Notes: generated by a model not told the origin, from the sequence alone. DNA of 64,000 nt from Octopus sinensis (GCF_006345805.1 NC_043002.1:6572001-6636000); one strand, 5' to 3'. Counted from the first letter of the stretch, positions 39,912 through 55,662 are shown. Program-made: numbers and translations.

Positions 39912-42900
39912 GTGTGTGTGTAAGTGTGTGTATCTGTGTGTGTATCTGTGTGTGTATGGCTTTGTTTTTGTTATTTTCCGACGGCATTTCTTTGGATTGT
40001 TTTATGTACGTTGTATTTCTGTCGAAGATATGTTTTTTTTACACCCATCTTCTATACAAACTGTCATTTTTAGGTTTTATGTATATATGGCCTTTACAGT
40101 TTTGCAGCACATACTATTTATGAATCTTTGTGCCTTTTTTTTTTCTTATCCTGCCAGGCAACGAAGGAAAAGGAAATAGATCCAATACTTTTTGAAGTCG
40201 TGTCTCACGGCCGAATGCATCTTCTTAATGCCAATCATTCTATCTTGAACTGTACAATACTCAGACACACACACACACACACAGACACACACACACTCAA
40301 ATAACAGAATATATAGACACATAAATCATTACGCTTATAGACACATACACACGCACGTATGTATATGTATATATATGTCTGTTTGTGTGTGTGTGGGGTG
40401 TAAGTATTTATATATTCATAAACACATATACATACATATTTATATGCACTACATACATACACACGCATATGTATGTATTTCGTATTCTATAAGTATATAT
40501 ATATGTATGTACGTATATACATATATCTATATGTATATATATATATTTGGATGCATATGTATGTATCTATTCATGTATTTTTATATATGTATATCTAAGT
40601 ATATATATATATTTAACAATATATATATATATATATATGTATTTATACACCATATATATACATACATACAACATGTGTGTGTGCGTGTTTATACCATATA
40701 TCCAGATATCATAAATGAAACAAGTGGAATGACTTGACTTATACTTGGTTGCAATATATAGCACCTAGCAAGGTTTTTTCCCGTGTATAAAATATAAGCA
40801 AAAATCGATATATGCGATCACTATGTACCCATCACAACAGACGTATACTTATAGAAAAAGTTTAACCAATGTTAGTAAGGAAAATACTTCTTACTTTTTT
40901 GATCGAAAGAAAAATGGAACTAATTTTCCTTCAATATTTTGAAAAATATATAAAATTTATTTTTTATGAGTTTTGTTTGTTTGTCGATTGTTTTTGCTTT
41001 TAGTTACAATCATTTCTATGATATAAACTCGGAGTTCGACTGACATAATTTTTCGCGAGTTGGACAAAACATCTTGTATTTTTGTATAGCTCTTTATATT
41101 CTGAATTCAACTTACGCCGAGGCCAATTTTACATTGCTCTTTTTTATGATATATATATATATATATATATATATAAATTTATATAAGTAAGTATAATATC
41201 GTTAATTTAAAAATAAAATAACGATTTTATCAAGTGGTTAGCATGGAAAAAATAACCTTTAAAGGTAATAATTATTAAAATTATAAATTAGGGTATCTAC
41301 GAGATACCACCATGCTGAAAATAGCAGCCATGATCTGACTCTTAAGACCACCTTAATTCTCCATATATCAAAACGGAGAGAAAACAAAGATGAAACTAGT
41401 AAAAAATTACTGGATAATTCTAGATCCCGGATTTCTGGTTTGCATTTAGGAATACACACAGAAGAGAAACATAAATACACATATATATATAAATACAACA
41501 TACGAATACTTACATATACGAACGTATACTTACATATATATGCACGTATGCATCATATATATATATATATATAAAACGAATAAAGTATAGCCGGTCATTA
41601 TAATTGACTTTTTTGCATCCTAGCATATTAAAACAATTATTTTATTGTTGTTGCTGCTGTAGTTGTATAGCTTCAAGTTTGATCTCATTTCTGAAATTTA
41701 TGGTGAAATATATTTTAACATTGATCAGTCAGTTCTTTTGTTGTTGTTGTTACTACTCTGATTTTTCTAGGATCACTTTATATGCCTAAAGCATTGCAGT
41801 GGATTGGCAGAATCTTTAAAACATTGGTCTTATCTATTGTTGCATTTACGTTCTGAGGTCAAATCCTGTCGCAGATCGATAAATAAATATGAGTCAGGTG
41901 CTAGAGTAAATATACTCGGATGTCCCCTTCCTCTACATTTCTGGGTTTGTGCTTATTCAAGAAAGGTTCGATTCAATATAAGGCTGGAAGATTCGTTAAA
42001 ATGCACCGCGGGATTTGTAGTGACTCTGCATTGACAGTTCAAATCATACCATGTTTAACTTCGCTGTTCATTCCTGGGGTTGATGAAAAAAGCATCAATA
42101 CATGGATATGGATAGGTTGGACTGTTAGAAAGTCGAGAAGATGCCTTCATGGTATGTAGAAGGTTGGTAAACCTGGACAACTGTATAGAACAATGCAGTA
42201 CCCGCACACATGGAACAAGACGATATTTGCCCATCTGGAATGTCTTTTGTCAAGGCTGATCTGAGGCAAAACATCAACTTGTAAATGACAACCTTATATT
42301 GCACTTCATAAAATTGGGACCAGCAGACCGTTGTTAACACGGTGAGTTGGTAGACTTGTTAGCACAACAGGCTGAATGTTTTGCGATATATGTTCCAGCT
42401 CTCTACAATCAGAACTCAAGTTCTGCTGAGAGTACCTTACCTTTCCTTAGTCAATAAATGAAGCACCAGTTATGTAGTACGGCAAATCTCCTCCATTCCA
42501 CTCTCCCTTTCGCTTTCTCCTTCTCCCTCTCACGGAATCGATTACTTTTCGCGCGAGAAAAGTTAGAGTGAACCATTCATAGAATCACTTTTTCCGTAAA
42601 TGGAGATGTTGAGTGAGGAGCTAACAAAGTTTCAAGCAGACACTGATATGTTTCTTGAATTCCATTAGAAGAAGCCGATATGCAGTATAAATATGGAAGT
42701 AAAAAAAAAAAGAAAAAAGTAAAATATTGATAATCCTTTCTACATTGTCCACAAGACTAGCTTTCATATGCTATACACAACTTAAAGGTTGCAAAACATT
42801 TGAGGTCATACAAATATGAATTACCAGGAGTATGGGGCAAACAAGTAATGCAGTATGTTGAAATAATTTGGTACACAAAACAAATAAGGGAACTCGCCCA

Positions 42901-44789
42901 CACAGACTTGGGATAACGCCTTACAACATTCCGCTCCTATCACCAGACCCTTGGTTTATCTTTAATTTATCCGTAAACAGTTCATGTAGTCAAATTGTAA
43001 GGGCGCGGGCAGTTGGTGGTTGATTTTATACCTCTGTCTCCTAGTTAGCATAATGTTATTCGTGTCCCTATTCGAGTAATTAAACAACTCCAACAGGTTT
43101 CTGTTACTGATACGGATAATAATCAAATTCAGTCAATACGGTCCAATAATCACTCTTCCACGGAAAACTGCCATTATCTTTATTTTCCCTCTGTATCCAT
43201 TCTTTTTTCTCCTTTTTCTTCGTACAGTCCGTATTTTTTATGTCTTCATGTTCAGACTGTTCACCATCGCTGCAGGACAAAGCTCGGAGCTTCTGAACAA
43301 ACCATGGCTGCTGAAGGACGCACGTCAGCATTGTGGCAACCTTCTTCTTCAGCTTCTAGAGCCAGTGGAACAGTGTATGGGGTTTTGTCTTTGCTTCTGC
43401 CCATGCTATTTTCGGAGCTGGGACCGATGCTCTAAGAACAACTGAGGAAGCATCAGTTATTTTACCTCAGGTGACTGCCTTTGGGACCGCATTTACTGCT
43501 ATCTTCTTTCCTCTTTTTCTAGTTTTTAAAAAATATTTTTTGCTCCTTTTGTCGCTAAAATATGCTCAACTGAATTTTATTGCCACAAATGAATCGGTTG
43601 GGACTTCTGCTCCGCGCCACTATTCCAACTGACACATTCACTCTCTTTAATGGAGTATAGCTCTGTGTTTTTCTGTTGGGCTTCAGGAATCAAAAGAACC
43701 GAAAGTTCGTGCAGGTCTCACCCGGCCACATTTTATTAAGGAGCTCTTCTACACTCACCAGCCATCGTACTGTGCATCATCGGTGCAAACGACCAACGCT
43801 AGGATTAATATCTCTGCTCATGAAACTTGTTTTTTTTTTCATAGAATACGGTGGCACGAAGCCTATGGACATGTGTGTGATGCGTCTGCTCTACCTGCCT
43901 ATTCGTTTCAGTCTTAAAATCCATGTATACACTTTACTGTATGGGTCAATTGAAGAAGTGCATCTCACATTTACTGGCCAGAGGGTATATAGATGCCCAC
44001 CCACCTGCAACACAGAAATTTATCTGAAATAGAAGTAATTTCCGGATATTCCTCCCCTACACATTCTTCATTTTGTAGATCTGGCTACTCAGTCAGCTTT
44101 ACATGACACAGCATTTGATTTGTGTCTTTTAGAGCATTTACCCAGCTGCGCTATAGCTATCTTTTCGAATCGTCGTAGATTTGAGGCAATTCTTTGTGTC
44201 TGAAGCCTCTTTGTAGCAGATTTCTAGTCATTTGCTAATGTTTTATAAATGGGTTAACGGCTGCGTTTTGCCCTGTTTTTTGTTCTCACAATTTCTAACA
44301 ATTTCTCCATCCTTCTCCAAGTTTCCTCTCCTCATTGCTACATAATGTTAGGTGGTACTACTGATCGTAGGCTTTGGCCAGCCCTGTGCTACTGGAGGAG
44401 GCGTTTTTAGCTACATATTCGATGCTAGTCCCTGCTACTGGTGGTACTGGTTATAACGTGATTTTGCTGGCTTGTTCTCCAGCAATTCCTGTACCGGTTA
44501 ATGATAGTGTCAAGCAAACATCGATAGAAGAAGTCATAGATTTGTACCATGGTTGCTATCTGTTGCTATTTTATTTTTCTACTCGTTTGCACAGAATTCC
44601 CTTAAGTTACCTTTATTACCACACCTTTATTACCACCCTTCCTCAAGTAAATCACTCAACGGTCAAGTGATCCTGTGTGTCCACAAATGCCCCAACTAGT
44701 CATATTTTATTGTAAGCTGCTTGCGTTTGCACCATCAGCCCACACTGTACGACAAAAAGGATAAGACAAGGGACAATATCACTGTCAAT

Positions 44790-44990
44790 GGACGAAATGC
44801 GTAGCCGTATTATGTCTGTCGTTACGTTCTGAGTTCAACTTACGCCGAGGTCAACTTTGCCTTTCATCCTTTCGGGGTCGATTAAATGAGTACCAGTTAC
44901 GCACTGGGATCGATATAATCGACTTAATCCGCTTGTCTGTCCTTGTTTGTCCCTTCTATGTTTAGCCCCTTGTGGGTAGTAAAGAAATAT
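44790..44990 (+). mobile_element. 5'-truncated group A SINE
   Basis: Body sequence ending GGGTAGTAAAGAAATA. Confidence 0.85.
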
Positions 44991-45417
44991 ATATTTGGTC
45001 AAAACACTCGAACTTTTTTCTCAGTTAGTGGGAAGATCTTCAAGACCAGGTACATGTCTTCATATATCTAACTCCGATGGATAGAATAACCCACACTACA
45101 TATCGACCAAAGCCTTCCTTTAGCTTCTCTTTCGAATTCATATGCAAAGCCTCATACGTTTTCTTTTGTTTTTAATCAGAGACATTTCACCTTTCCTTTC
45201 ACCCTTTCTTTGAACACTACTTCAAAGCTTCAACTTTTGTCTAGCTAAATCGCAATTAAAGAATGAAAGTTTGCTGTTAGTGTAGGTGCTGCTACTTTCG
45301 TTAATTTCTGCTCAGCTTGTGTTTTCGCCGATCAAATTCTGACTGTGCTGCTAGAAATTACATTTCTTGTAGTTTAACTTCATTTTTATATCTGCTCACT
45401 TATTTTCAAAACTTTTG

Positions 45418-45604
45418 GAGGTGTAGGAGTGGCTGTGTGGTAAGTAGCTTGCTTACCAACCACATGGTTCCGGTTTCACTCCCTCTGCGTGGTTCCTTGG
45501 GCAAGTGTCTTCTACTATAGCCTCGGGCCGACCAAAGCCTTGTGAGTGGATTTGGTAGACGGAAACTGAAAGAAGCCCGTCTTATATATGTATATATATA
45601 TATA

Positions 45605-45640
<36 letters not shown>

Positions 45641-45862
45641 ATGTGTTTGTGTGTGTGTGCGTTTGTGTGTCTATGTTTGTCCACCCAACATCGCTTGACA
45701 TCCGATCCTGGTGTGTTTATGTCCCCGTAACTTAGCGGTTCGACAAAAGAGACCGATAGCATAAGTACTAGGCTTACAAAGAATAAGTCCTGGGGTCGAT
45801 TTGATTCGACTAAAGGCGGTGCTCCAGCGTGGCTGCAGTCAAATGACTGAAACAAGTAAAAA
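45418..45862 (+). mobile_element. Full-length group B (CORE-like) SINE with internal TA/TG microsatellite
   Basis: tRNA-like head, CCTTGGGCAAGTGTCTT CORE-like motif, 3' half ending AAATGACTGAAACAAGTAAAA. Confidence 0.9.
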
Positions 45863-46213
45863 TGAGAAAAAGAGGTGTATTCACTGTTGAGTATACACGT
45901 TAGGCTATGACCGGCCGTGTACTAGAAGAGAAGCCGTTTTCGCCAGCGCTCCAGAGGTGGCCATATTAGACAACTAACAAAGGAAACAAAGTGGATGTTT
46001 ACCTCATTTGTACGGTAAAAATGCAGAAAGGCGAATCTGTTTTTCTACTCCTGGGTAATAGGGTAGACATTCACATCTTCTGAAACTCAATGCTGTGGTA
46101 AAAAGTAGAAAAAATTTGAAAGGAATATTTTTTTCCAAGGCAATCCAGGAAGAAAATATGTTCCATACAGAGTTCTGTCAAAACGTGTGTATTCACAGCT
46201 AAACAACAATGCT

Positions 46214-46361
<148 letters not shown>

Positions 46362-47483
46362 AGAAAAGGAAGAAGAGGGAGGAATAGATAAATGAAATAA
46401 AGAAATAAAATTAAAGCAGGCGTCACAAAGGATTGAAATGAATTTGGAGATGTAATATTCACGTGTACACACACGCATGCACGCACGCATACACACACAC
46501 ACATGCACAGGCTCACACATTCACAGACACAAAATACAAAGAAAGAAAAAATACCTAAAGAATTCATCCTACGAAAGAGCTGAAACCGTAAAATTAGCTG
46601 CTGTGTTCGGCACAAACACTTTAACATCCATCAGCCGTAGTTAACCATTTCTCTCTTAGCTACACCCACTTGCACCTTCTATTACAATCGCAGCAGCTTG
46701 ATCTCACATCGATTTTTGTTCCTCTTTTATTGGTTAATATAGTTTGCATTATTATTATTATTATTATTATTATTATCATGATTATTATTGTTAATTTTAT
46801 TTATTTGTTTTTCTGGTTTTTTTTTTTTTTGCATTTAACTGAACGAAGTTCGAATATCGCAGGCAACTTTGATAGCCGATCCATGGATAGAGAATCCCAT
46901 TATGTTGACTTGCCTCCTTCGCATCCTCCTATTCCATCCACCTTTATTTCACTTCGGTTCTCCATAAAATACATCACAGATTCTTCCAACAAACATTTAT
47001 TTGAATCGAACGTCTTTATTCAATAAATTCTTTTTGTTTTGTTTTTCTTGTTTTACTATTTGTATTTGTTTTGCAATTTTGATATGTTAAGGTTATTATT
47101 ATTATTTGTTGGGGTTTTTTTTTTCTTCTTCTTCCTTCTTTCTTTTCTGATATTTCGTCCAAGAATGCATGTTTATTCTAAAATGATTTCTTTCTTCTCA
47201 AAGACGTCTCTCAACATTTGTTCCCAAACACCATAAATGTTGGCATTCCACTGCTTCCGTCTGTTTCAGAGGAGTTCTCATTGTTTTTGCCTCACCAGCC
47301 AAACATAACAAAGCACTAAAAGGTTTTCAGATGTAATCAGCAGCGGAAGTTAGTGATGAGGTGAACAATAACGTTCACACAGCACATTGTCTTTAGTGGT
47401 TTCTCCGCCTCTTTCAAAGACCCTAGCATTAAGTTCCATATCTCTCTCCTTTTCTCTCTCTCTCTCTCTCTTTATTTATCTCC

Positions 47484-47538
<55 letters not shown>

Positions 47539-47539
47539 A

Positions 47540-47592
<53 letters not shown>

Positions 47593-48844
47593 CATTTTTC
47601 TTTCTTGTTTCCTTCCTTTTTGTTCTTTCTTTCCTTCTTTATTCTTTCTTTCTTTCTGCCTTTCTTTCTTCCTACAACATGCAGATTTTCAATAGGGAAA
47701 GTGGCGTTTATTGGTTGTCAATATTTTACATTTCTTCTCTTCGATCTGTGGCACACTGTTTCATTCGATATACATGTTCCTGAAGTTACCGTATTCTACT
47801 AAACACATTGACATATGTGTAAATGTGAGTGTGTGTGTGTGTTTGTATGTCAGTGTGTCCGCAGATGATTACTAATACGTTTGTTTAAATATTTACCATT
47901 CCGCTTTCCAAAATAGGAGATCTTAGTTTTTATTATACCAATAAAAACTTGTACTGCAATGTTCCTAAATATCTACAATTCAAGAGTTTATTTCTCATTC
48001 TCAAGATTTAATTTAAATGCGCATATTTGTCCTTCTCTAACTGGTTTGCATACACACCGGCCATTGGTCGTACCTGTCGCTGTTTAATGTAAGTTCTGCA
48101 TGACTAGCTCTACATGAAAAGAAAATTCACTTACTTTACAGTTTTAGAGGGTCAGCGAAAATATTTGGCATAAACATGAAAAGCTCAACTATAATTAGTC
48201 ACAATCATGTTTTATCACGAAATGTTCGAATGAGGAGGTTCATCGCTTTTATGCATAGACTCTTACGTACTTAAACAAATATACAGAGAGCGCGTAATAT
48301 TAATTCCCAAATTAAAATGAAAAATAGATGTAGTAGTCCAGACAATAACCCCAAAATATATTTGTCATACCATTAATAGTACCAATATTTCAGGTGCTTG
48401 ACTGGACGATAGAAAAAATAATGATGAAAAGCAGAAAGATACACAGACACAATGATATTGAAAATATGCATCTCAGGTGAAATGATTAACAGGATACCCT
48501 TGGAAGTTAGTTAAATGAGCATGGCTTAGAAATTGAACGTTTTCTGCTAGCTTTTAAGTAATTTATGTTTCAGTTTTTCGAGAACGGTTTCTCCTTTTCT
48601 TAAACACATCTTTGTATTCGCCAGAGAACTCCAGGAAGAGCTGCAGAGTCCCGTATAAATTGTTTGTGTGACAAAGGAAGCAACACTTGAAGAATACGAG
48701 GTTAAATCGACTTTTGTGACCCGCAGTTGAAGAACCACTGTAGACACATACACATACACGCATGCTTAGATTCATACCCATACACATATGTGTAGGCACA
48801 TATTACGCACACACACTTGCTAGTGTTGTATATATATATATATG

Positions 48845-49472
48845 TCCGAACTTTGAATAAAGAAAACAAGTGATCAAATGTTATATTTAATTGAAATTTA
48901 ATCATCAAAGTACCTTCCCTGATTATCTATGACTTTCTTCCATCTATTTACAAGCTTTTTAATCCCATCAATGTAAAACTCGTTTGGTATCAAAGCGAAG
49001 AACTCTGAAATGTCAGTTTCGACCTCCTCCTTGCTTGCGAAAGTTATGTCCCCCAAATGATTCTGTAAACTATGAAACAAATAGTAGTCTGAAGGAGCAA
49101 GGAGAATAAGGTGGATGAGAAATTTTTTCCCAACCAAGGTCTTCGATCTTCTGTGATGTGATCTTTGCAGTGTGAGGTCGCGCATTGTCCTGATGAAACA
49201 TCACTCCTTTTCGATTCGCTAAAGTGGTTCTTTTTTTCTTCAAAGCTTCGTTCAAACGCTCTAATAGCTGACAGTAGACTTCAAGATTGATTACTGCATT
49301 AGGTGGTAACAATTCAAAGGGAATTACTCCTTTGCAATCCCACCATATAGAGAGAAGGACCTTTTTCCTATGAAGTTCCGTTCTCGGTTGTGGTTGAGCA
49401 TTTTCCCTTTTACAAAGCCACTGTTTACGACGTTTAACTTTTCGATAGAAGATCAATTTTTCGCCACTAGTC

Positions 49473-49475
<3 letters not shown>
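48845..49475 (-). pseudogene. Mariner (DD34D) transposase catalytic-domain relic
   Basis: IVTSGEKLIFY...KKVLLSIWWDCKGVI...FHQDNARPHTA...HPPYSP / LAPSDYYLFHSLQNHL...RWKKVIDNQGRYFDD*, with a frameshift; 5' part lost at a (TA)n tract. Confidence 0.92.
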
Positions 49476-49523
<48 letters not shown>

Positions 49524-49680
49524 CTACTGTTTTAAAAAGTGATATATGTAACTTTTTATAAATATGTTAAGTATCTCTTTCGAGTGTCCTCTCGCTCGTG
49601 CGTATATATATGTGTGTGTATGTGTGTGTGCGTGTGCTGTGTGCGTGTTTGTGTATATATATATATATGTGTGTGTGTGT

Positions 49681-50020
49681 GTGGCTCTGTGGGAAGAAGC
49701 TTGCTTCCCAATCACATGGTTCCAGGTTCAGTCCTACTGCGTGGCATCTTAGACAAGTGTCATCTACTATAGTCTCGGGCCAACCAAAGCCTTATGAGTG
49801 GTTTTGGTAGACGGAAACTAAAAGAAGCCCGTCGCTGGACACACGATGTTGGTGTGTTTTACGATCCCGTAACTTAGCGGCTCAGCAAACGGAACCGGTA
49901 GAATAAGTTCTAGGCTTACACCGAATAAGTCCTGATATCGATTTGTTCGACTAAAACGCTTTAAGGCGATGCTCCAGCAGGTTCGCAGTCAAATGACTGA
50001 ATCAGGAAAAGAATAAAAGA
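49681..50020 (+). mobile_element. Group B SINE
   Basis: Head and 3' half match the 56264 copy. Confidence 0.85.
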
Positions 50021-51049
50021 ATATATCTTGCCTCAGTTTTTGAAGATGTCACATATACTCAGTGAACGAAAGACACCACTTGGGGACTTCTTTGAGAAGT
50101 GCTATATGTTTGTCATTGAATATTCTGGAGAGAGTACAATGGTGGTGTCCACGCATCATCCCATCGCTCGATGTTTTTATTAATCTTTAAGACTCCAACT
50201 TATCGTCTATAGCAAATTCTGAGAGAACGCATAGGTGAAAGAAAGACTAAGAGAGAGAGAGAGAGAAGAAAGAACTATTGATCCTAAAATTGCCTTATTC
50301 TTTTGGGGGACCCCGAAGGGAAAAGCTGAAGAAAATCCAGCTACATTGAGATGGAATTCCTATCAGAAAACATGACTGTAGACGATCAAAAGCAGTCTTC
50401 TGTAATGAATCTGCAAATGGAAGAAGTGTTTTTGTAAAAAGGATTAAAGATACCCTGACTGCATCATTGAAAGCTTGATTTTGTAATGAATCCAACTTCA
50501 TGGAAGAATATTGCCGAAGACATGACCACATGGAAGGAAATACAAAAATTTGCCATATCGATTTTCTTCCCTCTGCCGTAAGGTTTCATTTCCATACACG
50601 CCCGCTGAATTCAATTCGTCCCCAGTCAAAAGACACCTGTTGTTATGTCATGTTATCATTATTATTATTGTTTTTTATTGTATTTTTGTATATATATTCG
50701 TGTAACATCGTCTGTTTTTCCGTCCTTGTTTCGTATACATTCGATGCTTTTTTTCCCAAGGAACCTAATGCCCTTAGCTTAGTTTTTCCTTGGGGCTGGC
50801 CAGATTGGATCAATCTCAAGATTAATCAGCCGAAATTGCGAGGATGATCCGGTTCTTGGCTGAAGATAAAAGGCTTCGAATGACCCGTCCGTGTTTTTTT
50901 TTTTTTTGTACCGTCTATCTGAATGTTTTGTTGTACCCTTTTGCATCACCTAGTTGTCCGGATGTTTTGCGTTCTTGTCCCATTTTGTATTTCATTATAT
51001 ATATATATATATATATACATATATATATCGGCGTACGTACACTTTGTTC

Positions 51050-51092
<43 letters not shown>

Positions 51093-53784
51093 TAGCGTGT
51101 AACTCTGCTCGCATCAAAACGAATCCTGCTTAACTATAAGATCATACTTTACACCATGTATTGTACAATATTTTCCTTTCGTTGACACACTTAAACATTT
51201 GCAATTATCTATACAGTTATATCAAAAACGAGTTTTATTTCTGTTCTTAGTTACTGTTTATTTTTCAACATATGCGGCGTGCAAGCAACCTGCAGTAAAT
51301 TCCACCTAAAGCTATCATATTAACTACACATCGATTACCATGGACAACGATATTAACACCGTCTCTGTCTAATTTCACCCAAACATCTTTTAATTTTCAT
51401 AACTCTGATATTTGAAATGTACTTTTCTTTCTCTGCTTCCTCTCAAAAGTATATAACTTCATCTGAACTCAGACATGCAATTTGAAAACGGTTAAAGTTG
51501 TTATTTATTAATGCACACAACTCCACATATGCATACATGTATACATGTATTCACACAGGCATGTATGTATACATACATGTTATGCTCATATATATATATA
51601 TATGGTTATTTGTTTGAGTGTGCGCGTGTGCGCGCATCGGATACTCAGACAAATCTATTCAAATACAGTAGTTAAATTTACGGCAAAAAGTAAAAGTTGT
51701 TAACAAGAGTATGTAATAATTTTCTGAGGGGTTCCATTGCGTGTTTTGCGCAGCCGACATGCATATCCAATAAAAGTAAGTACACCCATAAAAGATGAAT
51801 TAAAACCTCTTTGAAATTTGCTTAGAACTAACGGGAAAAAAAAGTGAAAACTATCTAGACGCTTCAATTCACTTGCAAAAAAAAAATGAATAGAAAAAAT
51901 TGTCAGAGAGATGGAAGATCTAGTACGACTCTCTGATATCATCGTAAAACAGATGTGATGCGAATTATGCTAAATGTCATTTTTAACATCATTTATTTCT
52001 GACTGAAGAATAAGTAATTTGTGATATGATATTTACCGACCATCGATGGATGATTTATACAGAGAAACAGAGAAGATGACAGACAAAAAAGTATCAGAAA
52101 AAAATTGAAGATGCTTACATACGTTTGGTGACAACTAAAGCATCAGTTATTTTAAATGGGTATCTTAAAAAGATTAAGAAAACATTATCTTTCTTAAATA
52201 TAATTTATATTCTTGTTTATTTTAAGAAGAATAGTCATTGAATTCAACTTATACTCTGCTTTAGTGCGGCGCAAGTCGTTAACTCCAGTGTCTAAAGTAG
52301 TTAAAAACGTAATATCTCTTGACAATTCCTTTAAATATTATGATTTATGTGTATTCTCAACGTCTGAGCGCAAAGAAGAAGAGAAAAAAACCATTCGTAC
52401 AGCATCAAAAGACATTAAACTGTTAAGTAAAAGTAATCATTTTTACAGCTCCAAATGCTGAACTGTTACTCATGATATGCCATACGTCTGCATTAATGTT
52501 ATATTGCTCTGAGTAAAATCTATTTATCAAAGACGTCTGTGTATGTATGTATGTATGTATGTATGTATGTATGTATACAAAAACTAAAAACAAACATATA
52601 TTTCTTAAGCATACTTTACATAACATATTCAATATACTGCTGATTATACTTTAATCTTCAATAACATTCATCTTACTTTCACTTTAGTACGATGTATTTC
52701 ACTTTTATAGAACCATGAATTGTTTCTGAAGTAATTTATTTTCTAATTCCACTTAGTAAATTTGTCTGTGGGGTGGAGTGGAGAAAAACAGACTTGTAAA
52801 TGTTGTCATCCTTCAGAACCTACAACGATGTTCTCTTGAACACCTAATTGTAATGATCATCAAAGCTCTAGTTATGTTTTCCTTGCTTATATTTTCAGAT
52901 GATCTTCTTTCTTAGATATCTATTAAATATCTATTAAGTATCTGTAAAATATCGTTATAACTCCGGAATATAAACATAAAATAAAATATTTGTAACTCAA
53001 CACGACAGGAAGTATCGTTGATTATAGTTCTCATTTAACCTTTAATTTCATTCATTTAATGATGTTTCGGTGAAGATTTAATGTATATTGAATTTCGAAG
53101 TTTTCTGAATTATAGAGAGGTGAGAGACTGTCTTATGGCCATTAAGATCTTTACAAGTGAAACAAGAGATACAAAATCTTCTAATTCGACATCTTGTCAT
53201 ATCTAATAATTTAAATTAAATTTAGCTGCAGAACGCTTCGCGTTTAATACATCAAATGTATTAATGCTGTTAAACCAAGCGTTTAGTACTTAATACACCG
53301 ATGGAAAAGATTTCAATGTATTGAAGGTTTCATTTGTTCTTAATATGAGTAATTACACTATGAAATGAGATATAATACTGGGCTTTTAAAATGTTTATCG
53401 GAATTAACAATTAAACTGTACCTTAGATTTATAAATGATATCAGTTTCCAGGACATTATGCCAATTACTTCTATCTGATTCTCAAATCTTAAGCTGATGA
53501 AACGGAAGCTTATGCTTACTCCAATCGAAAGGCTGTCTATGAGACATACTAAACCATACCAAATGTATATATATATATATGTATATATATGTAACGGGAG
53601 ATGTTAATTAGTAAACAATAATATGAAACGTGTGAATCAGCAGTTGTAACGATACAAATCTGTTGTTATAACGGCATGTTGTGGATGTAAAAGATGAACA
53701 ATGCACGAAGTTTTAAGGAAATATTTATTATCCGTTACGTTACAATACCTTGCCTCGACGGGTAGGCTGTGATAAATCCAAAAG

Positions 53785-54015
53785 GCGAGCTGGCAGAAAC
53801 GTTAGCACGCCGGGTGAAATGCTTAGCCGTATTTCGTCTGCCGTTATGTTCTGAGTTCAAATTCCGCCGAGATCGACTTTGCCTTTCATCCTTTCGGGAT
53901 CGATAAATTAAGTACCAGTTACGCACTGGGGTCGATATAATCGACTTAATCCGTTTGTCTGTCTTTGTTTGTCCTCTCTGTGTTTAGCCCCTTGTGGGTA
54001 GTAAAGAAATAGATA
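53785..54015 (+). mobile_element. Full-length monomeric group A SINE
   Basis: 15-bp TSD TGATAAATCCAAAAG at 53770 and 54016. Confidence 0.9.
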
Positions 54016-55623
54016 TGATAAATCCAAAAGCATGCGACGTAAAGTTGTGTTTGTGTTCTCTTCATTGTTTAGTAGTAATTACAGAGAGAGAGAGAGTGTG
54101 TGTGATAGACTGTTGAAAGAGAACAGAATTAGAGCTAGTGAGAGTTGTAGGGTTGTGGGACGTTGTCTCACAGTTGCTGACAGTAAACTTCATTTCTTCC
54201 TCTGACCAAGGTTCTAGCTGATCAGCCAGACTTCGTTCCCACTGAGTTGTCCCCGAAGTGACTAACTGTCTTTTGCTTGCGGGTTCTTGTTTTTATAACT
54301 ATCCAGAAGGATTAACATATCATTGAGAACAATGGGCTTCGTTGGTGGTACTGTGATATCTCTATTCTAGCTTTTGGTGAAGTAGAAGATGTTATAGGGG
54401 TCAAGTGGTGAAGACATTATTTCGGTCTAGCTAAGGCACTCTGGCAAAAGTAAAACTGCTCTCAGAGAAAAACCATTGTTCCACCGTGAGAAAAGTTATG
54501 TTGAACTGTTAATTTAAATTTGGCTATGATGGATCGAATCCACTTCATGCTTGCAAGACGCGCTACATTATATATGCACACACAGAACACACATACGCAT
54601 ACATATATATGTACAGACACACATACATACACACATGTCAAGTCGATTCAGTTCACCAGACTCCTCTATGTTTCCCTATCTTTCAACAGCTCTGTTTCCT
54701 GGGGGGGGGGGTCTTTTCTCAGTTTTTGTTTCAAATCAACTATTGCACGTTTGTTGGACAAAATCAGAAGATATTCTTACAAACTCTAAAGCGAAATGGG
54801 ACGACTACTTGTGTGTTGAAATTGAAAATGGAAATGAATAAAGTGAGATTTTGTTTGGTAAGTTGTTAAGTATCGATCTATTCTGCCTTACGAAAACGAT
54901 TATAGAAATGTATAGGTGTAAAAATAGCAAACTGTATATTATTACAAACTACAGAAATGAAATGGGTCTCTCTATGAATTAACTTTCAAATTCAAAATGG
55001 GCTGAGCCCTTTCTTCATGTGGTGGTATCCTCTAGTATTTTGGGTGACACTTGTTGAAATATCGTTATTCAGAAAGATCTCCGATCTGACATTTAAATAT
55101 TTTGGAGATCAATTGCTATTTTTGTTTTCTTTATTTTGGTGGGGGCAGATAAAAGGCTATTTTGATGTATGTATCACTCACAGTATCTTGTCCCGTATCT
55201 GTATAATCTGAAATTAGTAGTATATATTCTGTCGAAACGTCAGGCATAAATGGTAAATGAATAGTTTTCCTGCATTATTTCATACACTGGAATACAAAAC
55301 TAAGCGCGATTAAAAACGTGCAAAGAAGTGAGTTTATTATCTGCAGATATATAATGTCAATTTACCGTCTTTATTTTTTTCCTCGCTTTTCATTTCTATT
55401 TTTTCTTGCCGTTTACCCTGTCTTTCTTCAACCATCTTGTAATTCATTTTCTCATTTATATTTGTGTGTGTCTGATTTTTTTTTCTCTCATTCATCGTAA
55501 ACAGTTTATTCTAATAAAGCAGTGTATGCACAAATCATCAAATGTTCGAAGAAGAATATACTGACACATATTTATGTAAGTATACACACATTTATATTTA
55601 TATACATACATAAATGCATACAA

Positions 55624-55662
<39 letters not shown>

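Noticed and set aside
50490-51000. Hairpin-rich segment (CCCAAGGAA/TTCCTTGGG, GGCTG/CAGCC-GAAA)
   Set aside because: Structured, but without an intact ribozyme core or any family assignment I can support.
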